NCBI GenBank assembly: GCA_030390025.1 | Contig: CM059431.1 | Location: forward strand, 142,478,001 to 142,542,000 | Length of the DNA stretch: 64,000 bases | Direction of reading: 5' to 3' | DNA from: Squalus acanthias | Taxonomy: Eukaryota | Part shown: piece by piece, positions 13,101 to 25,100 of the stretch | Layout of the letters: every line of letters begins with the position of its first letter | Position numbering within the stretch: position 1 is the first letter of the stretch | The notes under the pieces: generated by a model | What the model saw: the letters and a program-made list of their open reading frames with translations, nothing else | The model's database searches: none | Told to the model about the DNA's origin: nothing | Made by a program: the position numbers and the translations under genes

Positions 13101-16100
13101 AATTGGCTGAGCGGCAGGAGACAGAGAGTAGGGATAATGGGCAGCTAATCTCATTGACATGATGTGACTCGTGGCGTCCTGCAGTGATCTGCTTTGATGC
13201 CTCAACTATTCACTGTTTTTATTAACGACTTATTTGATGGGATAGAAAGCCACATATCCAAATTTACCGATGACACAAAGATAGGCGTCATTGTAGGCAG
13301 TGTAGATGAAAGCATGGAATTGCAAAATGATAGATAGTTTAAGTGAATGGGCAAATTTGTGGGAAATGGATTTCAATGCAGGAAAATGTGAGGTCATCCA
13401 ATATGAACCTAAAAAAGGAGTACTTTCTAAATGGTGAAAAGCTTAAAACAGTGGACGTCCAGGTGCATAGATCATTAAAATGTCATGAACAGGTACAGAA
13501 AATTATCAAAAAGTCTAATGGAATGCTGGCCTTTCTATCTAGAGCACCAGATTACAAGGGGGTAGAAGTTATGCTACAGCTATACAAAACGCTGGTTGGA
13601 CCACACCTGGAGTATGGTGAGCAGTTCTGGGCACCACACCCTAGGAAGGATACAGTGGCCTTGAAGGGAGTGCAGCGCAGATTTACCAGAATTATCGGCA
13701 CTCCAATGGTTAAATTACAAGGAGAGATTACACAACTGAGGTTGTATTCCCTCGAATTTAGAAGGGTAAGGGGTAATTTGATCATTGTTTTCAAGATATT
13801 AAGGGGAACAGAGAGTGTCCCAGACTCCTCCATCATCATCCTTGGATATGTCCTGTTCCACTGGCAGGACAGCCCCAACAGGGGTGGCAGCACAGTGGTA
13901 TACAGTCTGGAGGAAGTGGCCCTGAGAGTCCTCAACATTAACTCCGGACCCCATGAAGTCTCATGGCATCAGGAAAAGCATGGGCAAGGAAACCTCCTGC
14001 TGATTAGCATCTACCGCCCTCCCTCAGCTGATGAATCAGTACTCCTCAGTGTTGAACACCACTTGCACGAAGCATTGAGAGTAGCAAGGGCACACAATGT
14101 ACTGTGGGTGGCTAACGTCAATATCCATCACCAAGAGTGGGTCGGTAGCACCACTATTGACCGAGCTGGCCGAGTCCTGAAGGATATAGCTGCCAGACTG
14201 GGCATGTGACAGATGGTGAGAGAACCAACAAGAGGGAAAAAACTATTTGACCTCGTCCTCACCAATCTACCTGTCGCAGATGCATCTGTCCATGACAGCA
14301 TTGCTGGCAGTGACCACCACACATTCATTGTGGAGACGAAGTACCGTCTTCACACTGAGGATACCCTCCATCGTGTTGTGTGGCACTACAACTGTGCTAA
14401 ATGGGATAGATTCAGAACAGATGTAACAGCTCAAAACTGGGCATCCATGAGGCGCAGTGGGCCATGAGCAGCAGCAGAAGATAGTATTATACTTAAAGAA
14501 AAAGCATACAATTGCACAAAGATGGGTGGCAGGTCAGAAAATTGGACAGAATATAAAAAAAAGCAAAGAATGACTAAAAGATTAATGAGAGAAAAATTAT
14601 AGTACGAAAGAAACTACCTCGAAATATAAAAACAGATGGTAAGGGTTTCTATCGATATTTAAAACAGAAAAGTTAACAAAGTGAGTGTTGGTCCGATAAA
14701 AAGTAAGCCTGGGGAATTAATAATGGAAAATAAGGAGATGGTAGTTGAATTGAACAGGTATTTTGCATCGGTCGAAACTATAGAGGATACAAGTAACATC
14801 CCAGAAATAGCTGTAAATCAGGAAATGGAAGGGAGGGAGGAACTCAAGAAAATTATAATCACCAGGGAAGTGGCACTGAGTAAATTGTTGGAGCTGCGGG
14901 CTGACAAGTCCCCGGGTCCTGATGGATTTCATCCTAGGGTCTTAAATAAAGTGGCTAGAGAGATAGGTAATGCGTTGGTTTTAATTTTCCAAAATTCTCT
15001 AGATTCGGGGAAGGATCCATTAGATTGGAAAATAGCGAATGCAACTCCTTTATTCAAAAAGGGAGGGAGACAGAAAGCAGGAAACTACAGGCCAGTTAGC
15101 TTAACATCTGTCATAGGAATTGTTAGAAGCTATTATTGAAGATGTTATAGCAGCGTACTTAGAAAGGTTCAAAGTAATCAGGCAGACTAAACATGGTTTT
15201 GTGCAAGGGAAATCATGTTTAAACAATTTATTGGAGTTCTTTGAGGAAGTAACATGTGCTGTTGATAAAAGGGAACCGGTGGATGTACTGTACTTACATT
15301 TCCAGAAGGCATTTGATAAGGTGTCACATCAAAGGTTATTGCGGAAAATAAAAGCTCATGGTGTAGGGGGTAACATATTGGCAAGGATAGAAGATTGGCT
15401 AGCTAACAGGAAGCACAGAGTAGGCATAAATGGGTCATTTTCTGATTGGCAAGATGTAACGAGTGGTGTACCACAGGGATCAGTGCAGGGGCCCCAACGT
15501 TTTACAATTTATATAAATGACTTGGATGGAGGGACAGAAGGTATGGTTGCTAAATTTGCTGATGCCACAAAGATAGGTAGAAAAGTAAATTGTGAAGAGG
15601 ACATAAGGAGGCTGCAAAGGGATATAGATAGGTTCAGTAAATGGGCAAAGATCTGGCAAATTGAGTATAATGTGGGAAAATGTGAAGTTGTCCATTTTGG
15701 CAGGAAGAATAAAAAAGCAGCATATTATCTAAATGGTGAGAGATTGCTGAGCTCTGAGATGCAGAGGGAACTGGGTATTCTAGTGCATGAATCGCAAAAG
15801 CTTACTATGCAGGTAAAGCAAGTAATTAGGAAAGCTAATAGAATGTTATCGTTTATTGCGAGGGGAATTGAATACAAAAGTAGGGAGGTTATGCTTCAGT
15901 TATACAGGGCATTGGTGAGACCACATCTGGAGTACTGTGTACAGTATTGGTCTCCTTATTTAAGGAAAGATGTAAATGCGTTGGAAGCAGTTGAGAAGGT
16001 TTACTAGACTAATACCTGGAATGGGCGGGTTGTCTTACGAGGAAAGGTTGGACAGTCTAGGCTTGTATCCGCTGGAGTGTAGAAGAGTAAGAGGTGACTT

Positions 16101-19100
16101 GATTGAAACATATCAGGTCCTGAGGGGTCTGGACAGGGTGGATGGGGAGAGGATCTTTCCTCTTGTGGGAGAGTCTAGAATTAGGGGTCACTGATTAAAA
16201 TAAGGGGTCGCCCATTTGAGACAGAGATGAGGAGAATATTTCTTCTCACAGAGGGTCGTGAGTCTTTGGAACTCTCTTCCTCAGAGGGCGGTGGAAGCAG
16301 AGTCTTTGAATATATTTAAGGCAGAGGTGGATAGATTCTTGGTAAGCAAGGGAATGAAAAGTTATCGGGAGTAAGCGGGAATGTGGAGTAATCAGATCAG
16401 CCATGATCATATTGACTGGTGGAGCAGGCTCGAAGGGCCGAGTGGCCTACTCCTGCTCCTAATTCGTATGTTCGTAGGTATGTTCGTATTCCACCACAAT
16501 CTGCCACCACATGGCCCGGCATATCCCTCACTATCAATACCACCAAGCCAGGGGACCAACCCTGGTGCAATAAGAAGTGTAGAAGAGCATGCTCGGAGCA
16601 GCACCAGGTGTACCTAAAAATGAGGTGCCAACGTGGGGAAACTGCAACACAGGACTAAATGCAGGCTAAAAAGCAGAAGCAGCAAACTATAGACAGGGCT
16701 AAGTGATCCCACAATCAATGGATCAGTTCAAAGCTCTGCAGTCCTGCCACACCCAGTCTTGATTGGTGGTAGACCATTAAACAACTAACGGGAGGAGGAG
16801 GCTCCATCCTCGATGATAGCGGAGACCAGTACATGAGTACAAAAGACAAGGCTGAAGCGTTTACAAACATCTTCACCGGAAGTGCAGAGTGGATGATCCA
16901 TATCGGCCTACGCCCGAGGTCCCCACCATCACAAAAGACAGACTTCAGGCAATTCGATTCACTCCACGTGATATCAAGAAATGGCTGAGTGCACTGGATA
17001 CAGCAAAGGCTATGGGCCCCGACAACATCTCGGCTATCGTGCGAAAGACTTGTGCTCCAGAACTAGCCGCGCCTCTAGCCAAGCTGTTCCAGTACAGCTA
17101 CAAAACTGGCAAGTATCCGACAAAATGCAGGACAAATCCAATCCGGCCAGTTACCACCCCATCAGTCTACTCTCAATCATCAGCAAACTGATGGATGGTA
17201 TCGTCGACAGTGCTATGAAGCGGCACTTACTCACCAATAACCTGCTCACTGATGCCCAGTTTGGGTTCCGCCAAGACCACTCGGCTCCCGACCTGATTAC
17301 AGCCTTGGTCCAAACATGGACAAAAGAGCTGAATTCCAGAAGTGAGTTGAGAGTGACTGCCTTTGACGTCAAGGCAGCATTTGACCGAGTGTGGCTTCAA
17401 GGAGCCCTAGTAAAACTGAAGTCAATGGGAATCGGGGCGGGGGCGGGGGGAGAAACTCTCCACTGGCTAGAGTCATACCTAACACAAAGGAAGATGGTTG
17501 TGGTGATTGAAGTTCAATCCTCATAGCCCCAAGACATCGCTGCAGAATTTCCTCAGGACAGTGTCCTAGGCCCAACCATCTTCAGCTGCTTCATCAATGA
17601 CCTTCCCTCCATCATAAGGTCAGAAGTGGGGATGTTCGCTGATGATTGCACAGTGTTCAGTGCCATTCACAACTCCACAGATAATGAAGCAGTCCATGCC
17701 CACATTCAGCAAGACCTGCAGGACATTCAGGCTTGTACTGATAGGTGGTAAGTAACATTTGCGCCACAGAAGTACCAGGCAATGACTATCTCCAACAAGC
17801 GAGAATCTAACCAGCGCCCCATAACATTCAACGACATTACCATCGCCGGATTCCCCAACATCAGCATCCTGGGTGGTCACCATTGACCAGAAACTTAACT
17901 GGACCAGCCACATAAATACTGCGGCAACAAGAGCAGGTCTGAGGTTGGGTATTCTGCAGCGAGTGTCTCACCTCCTAACGCCCCAAAACCTTTCCACCAT
18001 CTACAAGTCACAAGTCAGGACTGTGTTGGAATACTCTCCACTTGCCTGGATGAGTGAAGCTCCAGCAACACTCAAGAAGCTCGACACCATCCAGGACAAA
18101 GCAACCCGCTTGATTCGCACCCCATCCATCACCTAAATATGCACTCCCTCCACCACCGGCGTACCGTGGCTGCAGTGTTTACCATCTTTAAGATGCGCTG
18201 TTTGCAACAGAGTTCGAAACTTCTACCACTCTGTGTGCAGAAGTGTTTCCTAATTGCACTCCTGAATGGTCTCGCCCTAATGTTTAGACTAGGGGGCATA
18301 GTCTAAACATTTGAGCCAGATATTCAGGAGTAAAATTAGGAAACACTTCTACACACAGAGTGGTAGAAGTTTCGAACTCTGTTGCAAACGGCGATTGATG
18401 CTCGATCAATTGTTCCTTTTAAAACAGAGATTCCTAGAGTTTGTTAACCAAAGGTTTTAGGGATATGGGGCAAAGGCGGGTATATGGAGTGAGGTCGCAG
18501 ATCAGCCATGGTCTCATTGAATGGCGGAACAGGCTCGAGGGGCTAAATGGCCTACTCCTGTGTCTATGCTCCTGTGTTCACACTTCTCTGCATTGAACTC
18601 CATTTGCCATCCCCATTTCACCATCTAAGTCAGACTGAAGCTTGTACCTATCCTTATGTACCTATCAATTTGTGCCTGCATCTCACCAACTTTATTAGTT
18701 ACACTACGGAAATTGTCATACATACAATTTAATACCTCCTTCATCACTTTCACTATGTTCCTCAATCTGGTCCCCGAAATTTATGGGACATTCCTAATTG
18801 CACCGCTGTTTATATCACTCTGCCCTCTGATCTTATTTTGCCCCTCTCTGCTATTTCCTGGTTCCCCTCCCCCTGCCAAATATTTTTAAACCCCAACAGT
18901 ACGAGTTAACCACTCAGTGAGAATAATGGCGCCGGCTTTTGTTCAGGTGCAATCCATCCATCTTGTACAGGTTCCACTTGCCCCAGAACTGGTCCCAATG
19001 ACCCAAGAATCCGAAACCCTCTCTCCTGCACTACTTGTCCAGCCACGCATTTACCTGCACTAACATCATGCTTTTATATTCACCAGCACGTTGTAGGCTT

Positions 19101-22100
19101 CGCAAAATCCCCCAGAAACTCGAACAGAACCCTAAGTGAAGTGATTTGAGGTAAAACCCTCCGTTTTGGACATTTTTAAAGATCACAAGAAGAAAACCCT
19201 GAGGAAAATGACTTTTTGAATCTTACTGTTGGGAAAAACACCTTGCACAGACACACAGGCTGCAGAGGGGCGTGGCCAGGCAGTGTATTAAGCTGTCTGG
19301 CAGTGTGTTTACACTGCCTTCCTATCAAGGAGGAAGAGACAAAACCCTAAAGCCTCACAACACATCGAAATATGAATAATCCAAGACCTTTTTTGAAATC
19401 AATAAAACATTAAGCATCCCGATTCACTTCATCAAGAGCCAATCAACCAGGTATCCACAGGGCAGATTTGAAGCCCACCAATAGACCTAGGACAATAGGG
19501 ATGAGATTTGGCGCGTAGATAATGCTTTGCCTAAATCGGAAAACGATCAGGACATGTTTAACACTAAGTTAAAGCCATCGGAACTGGCAAGCCCGCCAAA
19601 ACTAGACAATGGACTAAACAGGGCTCATTTGAAACCTAAAGGAAACCGTTTTAGTAAGGGGTTTTGGGCGCGAAAAAGACAATATAATTGGAGCCTGTCC
19701 CAAGACTCTCTCTCTTTTGGACTCGCTGACAACGCTGGAACAGCTCTCTCTCTCTCAGCCCTGCTCCAGCAAAAGACACCACAAGCCACGAGGAGGAGGA
19801 GGAAGGAACGCCAACAACTCCACAAACGGACCATCACACAAGAAGAAACCAGCGCGACTGCCTCAGTGACCATCGGACACCTCGCAGCAACAAGGGCCTT
19901 ACGAAATCTTTTAATCAAAAGACTCTAAAATCCTGTCAAGGATTCGTTGGTGAGCATTATCCCTGATATCCTGAAACCAAAAACCTAGCTAGATAGTGGG
20001 ATCTTTGGGAGGGATAAGGTTTTTGTTTGGTATATTGTCATTCTCCCTCGCCTGTACCGTGTGCTCCCCAAACTGTGTTTAAGTTTTAAGTGTGTTTTAA
20101 GTTTGTTACCTTTTTCTTTTAATAAAGTCAAAATTCTTTCATCAGAACCTGTTGTCTACTGCAATTTTGTTCAAAACCCCTAAATAAGTCCAAAGTCTAG
20201 GAACCAGGGGCGTGGTAGCGATTCGAACCGCTCACTCAGTCAGAAGGCGTAGGCTGACCTCACTACCACCCCCTACATATGGCACTGGGAGTAATCCTGA
20301 CATTACTATCTTTGAGGTCCTGTTTTTAAATGTTTTTCCTAGCTCCTGAAACTCTGCTTGAAGGACCACAATACTTTTTCTACATATGTCATTGTTCCGA
20401 CATGTACCACGACTTCTGGCTGTTCCACTTCCCCTCGCGGAAAGTCCTGCACCCACTCGGTGATATCCTTCACCCTTTCACCAGGGAGGCAACATACCAT
20501 TGCGAATCATGTTTTCTGTTACTGAAACACCGGTCTATGTCCCTAACTATCGAATCCCGTGTGACTACTGCATTTCAACTCTTTATTTTTCCCCTGTGCA
20601 GTCAAATCTCGGGTGGTGCCGGTGGTTTAATTCTTAATGCAGTCCTACAAGGAGCAGTCACCCTCCCCAGTATTCAAAATTGAAAACTGGTTAGCAATTA
20701 CCACTGGCTTGGCAAATTCCTGCAGTACCTGTACATTCCTGCTATCCTGTCCGGTAGTCACCCACTCCTTCACCTTCTGCAGCTGTGGGGTGACCACATC
20801 CTGGAACGTACGTTCGAAGAATCTCTCCAGCTCCCGGATTCATTGCAGTGAATCCAGCCGCTCCCCATGCTCTGAAATTCGGAGCTTGAGCTCGAGCAAC
20901 TGGCGGCACTTCCTGCACACGTGGTCATGAAGTGCCCTGGAGCAGGATGTGGATACAAGGGACCCAGCTGGCCTGCCATGGTAGTCAACCCACTGACCTG
21001 TAAATCACAGAGAGCTGACTACAAAAATACTGGACACTGTTTTATAGTCTGAAAAACTGACATCTAAGACACCAAACTATAAAATTGCAACTGTAATCAC
21101 GCTATTCAAGAAAGGAGGGAGAGAGAAAACAGGCAACTACAGGCCAGTTAGCCTGACATCAGTTGTCGGGAAAATGCTGGAATCCATTGTTAAGGAAGCG
21201 GTATCAGGGCACTTAAAAATCATAACATGATTGGACAGAGTCAACATGGTTTTATGAAAGCGAAATCGTGTTTGACAAATTTATAAGAGTTTTTTGAGGA
21301 TGTAACTAGCAGGGTCGATAAAGGGTAATCAGTGGATGTAGAATATTTGGATTTCCAAAAGGTTTGATAAGGTGCCACATAAAAGGATGCTACGCAAGAT
21401 CAGGGCTCATGGATTTGGGGATAATATAATAGCATCGATAGAGGATTGGTTAACGGACAGAAAACAGAGAGTAGGGTAAAACGTGTCATTTTCAGGTTGG
21501 CAGGCTGTAACTAGTGGGGTGCCGCAAGGTTCGTTGCTTGGCCCTCAGCTATTTACATTATATATTAATGACTTGGATGAAGGGACAGAGTGCAATGTAT
21601 CCAAGTTTGATGACGATACAAAGTTGGTGGGAAAGTAAGCTGTGAGGAGAACACAAAGAGTTTGCTAAGGCATATAGACAAGTTAAGTGAGTGGACAATA
21701 AGGTGCCAGATGGAATATAATGTGAGGTTATTCACTTCGCTAAGAAGACTAGAAAAGCAGAATATTTTTTAAATGGTGAGAAACTATTAAATGTTGGTGT
21801 TCCGAGCGATTCAGGTGTGCTCATACAGGAAATACAGAAAGGTAGCATGCAGGCACAGCAAGAAATTAAGAAGGCAAATGGCATTTTGGCCTTTATTGCA
21901 AGGGGGGTGGAGTTTAAGAGTAAGGCAGTCTTACTCCAATTGTACCGGGCTTTGGTGAGACCACACCTGGAGTACTGTGCACTCTTTTGGTCTCCTTCTC
22001 CAAGAAAGGACATACATGTCTTAGAGGCAGTGCAACGAAGGTTCACTAGATTGATCTCTGGGATGAGAGGGTTGCCCTATGAGGAGAGATTCAGTAGTTT

Positions 22101-25100
22101 GCGCCTATACTCTCTGGAGTTTAGAAGAATGAGAGGTGATCTCATTGAAACATATAAGATTCTGCGGGGGATTGACAGTGTTGATGCTGAGAGGTTGTTT
22201 CTCCTGGCTGAAGAGACTTGAACTAAGGGGCATAGTCTCAGGAGAAGGGGTCGGCCATTTAAGAGATGAGGAGGAATTTCTTCACTCAGATAGTTGTGGA
22301 AGCTGAGTCGTCGAGTATAATCAAGGCTCAGATAAGATAGGTTTTTGGACTCTCGGGGAATCACGGAATATGGTGATCAGGCGGGAAAGTGGAGTTGAGG
22401 TCGAAGATCAGCCATGATCTTATTGAATGGCGGAGCAGGCTCGACAGGCCGTATGGCCTACTCCTGCTCCTAATTGTTATGTTCTTAAAATTCTGAGAAA
22501 CTGACTTCTGAAAGACTGAGATAGTAAAATGGTAAAGAGTTAAGTAAAGGCACTCGTTATTGTATCTATCAATCCAAAACTGAATGGAAACTGCGATAAA
22601 GTTAATAAATTATAAACGCAATCTCTCACACTCTGGTACTTACTTCAGTTCCTGTATTTTACAGTCCGGGTTCCTCAGAGCCGCAGACAGTAATTTCACT
22701 CCTGAATCTCCCACATTACTACTACCCAGGTCCAGGGCCATCAGTGATCGGTTAGTAGTGAGAACGGAGGCGAGATCCTCGGTAGAAGAATCTGTGAGAC
22801 CGTTTTTAAACAGCCTGGGATCAGAGAGAGAGAATTAACAGGAATCAGAGTAAATCCCCAATGTTTATTAATAACAGTACAATTGATGCTAATAATGTAC
22901 ATAGTGTTATTAATAACACTATCACTGATACTACAACAACATGTATTTATATAGCACTTTTCACTTAATACAACATCCCAGTGCACTTCACAGGAAGGTT
23001 ATCAAACAACATTTAACACCGAGCCAAATAAGGAGATATTAGGGCAGATGACCAAAAGCTTGGTCAAAGAGGTAAGTTTTAAGGAGCATCTTAAAGGAGG
23101 ATAGGTAAGTAGAGAAGAGAAGTTTAGGGGGGGGAGATTCCAGAGCTGAGGGACTTTGCAGCTGAAGGCACGACCACCAATGGTGGAGCGATTAAAGTCA
23201 GGGATGCTCAAGAGTCTAGAATTGGAACAGTGCTGATATCTCAGAGGGATGTAGGGCTGGAGCAGGTAACAGAAATAGGGAAGAGCGAGGCCATGGAGGG
23301 ATTTGAAAACAAGGATGTGAATTTTACATTCGAGGCGTTGCCCAACCAGGAGCCAATGCAGGTCAGCGAGCACAGGGATGATAGGTGAAAGGGACTTGGT
23401 GAGAGTTAGGACAAACAAGCGGCAGAGTTCTGGAGGACCTCAAGTTTACAGAGGGTAGAAAGTGGGAAGCCGGCCAGCAGTGCGTTGAAATAGTCAAGTC
23501 TAGAGGTAGTAAAGGCGTGGATGAGGGTTTCAGCAGCAGTGAGCTGAGGCGGAGGCGGATTCGGGTGATTTTACAGAGGGGGAAATAGGTGGTCTTGATG
23601 ATGGCGCTGATATGTGGTCGGAAGTTCATCTCGGGGTCAAATATGACATCAAGGTTGTGAACAGTCTGGTTCAGCCTCAGTCAGTTGCCAGGGAGAGGGA
23701 AGGAGTCAGTGGCTATGGAATTCAGTTTGTGACAGGGACCGAAGACAATGGCTTCGGTCCTCCCAATATTTAGCTGTGGGAAATTTCTGCTGATCCCAAC
23801 CGGGAGTCGGACAAGCAGTGTGAGAATTTAGAGACAGTGGAGTGTTCGAGCTAGGTGGTGGTGAGATAGAGCTGAGTGTAGTCAGCATACGTGTGGACAC
23901 TGATGCTGGATTTTCAGATGATGTCACAGTGGGGCAGCATGTAGATGAGCGGGCTAAGCATAGACCTTGGGGGACACCAGAGGTAACGGCGTGGGAGCGG
24001 GAAGAGAAGCCATTGCCGGTGATTCTATAGGTACGACTGGACAGATAAAAATGGAACCGGGTGAATACTGTTCCACCCAGCTGGATGACAGTGAAGAGGC
24101 GTTTGAAGAGAAGGTGCGGTCAATCGTGCTAATGGCTGCAGGCGGGTCGAGAAGGGCGAGGAGCGATAATTTCTTTGTCACAGTCACAAAGAATGTCATT
24201 TGTTACTTTGAGAACAGCCGTTTCGGTGCTGTGGCAGGGCAGAAACAGATTGGAGAGATTCCAACATGGAGTTCTGGAAAATATAGGCATGAATTTTTGA
24301 GGCGACAACACGTTCAAGGACTATGGAGAGGAAAGAAAAGTTGGAGATGGCGCTGTAGTTTGCAAGGATGGAGCAGTCAAGGTTTTTTTTTGAGATAATA
24401 ATGTACAGTGTTTAACAACACTGTTACTGATACTAATAATAATGTTCTCTTTATAAACAACACTATTACGGATTCTAATAATAATGTTGTTTTTATAAAC
24501 AGCACCATTACTGATACTAATAATAATGTACAGTGTTAGACATCCAGTTATTATAAACACAATCTCAGAGTCTGGTACTTACTGCAGTTCCTGTATTTTA
24601 CAGTCCGGGTTCCTCAGAGCCACAGACAATAGTTTCACTCCTGAATCTCCCAGTTTATTATTATCCAGGTGCAGAACCGTCAGTGACCGGCTTGTACTGA
24701 GAGCGGAGGCGAGATCCCCGGCACAAGAATCTGTGAGACCATTTTCAGACAGCCTGCCGATCAGCAACAGAGTTAAAAAGGGTGGCAGAGAAAGAGAGAT
24801 AGGCCAAAAAACATAGGATTCCGTGCAAACACCATGTGTTTATTACTAATTCTTTTACTGATACTAATAATAATGTACAGTGTTTAATAACAACACTATT
24901 ACTGATACTATTAATAATGTACATTAGCAGACATCCAGTTATTATAAACACAATCTCACAGTCTGGTACTTACACCAGTTTCTGTATTATGCAGTCCGGG
25001 TTCCTCAGAGCCGCAGACAGTCGTTTCACTCCTGAATCTCCCAGTTTATTGATCCCCAGTCTAAACACAAACAGACAGAGAGGGAGAAACAATCTGAATG

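Larger units (their letters stand above)
11311..18575 (+). mobile_element. Nested CR1 (pieces 11311-11452, 13055-13812, about 18288-18575)
   Basis: RT reading is collinear across the interruptions; 3' UTR gcggaacaggctcgaggggctaaatggcctactcc. Confidence 0.75.
10556..22608 (-). mobile_element. Outer minus-strand CR1 hosting nested insertions (pieces about 10553-11310, 18578-19091, 20278-21080, 22488-22608)
   Basis: 3' tail at 10553. RT sequence breaks at about 11308 and resumes at about 18578. ORF1 esterase-like remnants lie at 18880-20960. The block is flanked by an attata direct repeat. Confidence 0.7.

Noticed and set aside
13343..14209. 288-aa ORF joining an RT C-terminus to an endonuclease
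   Set aside because: It is an in-frame junction of two nested decayed LINEs.
19527..19928. 133-aa basic ORF in the LTR
   Set aside because: It has a non-ATG start and no recognisable gag, pol or env motif, and it spans the presumed U3/R region.
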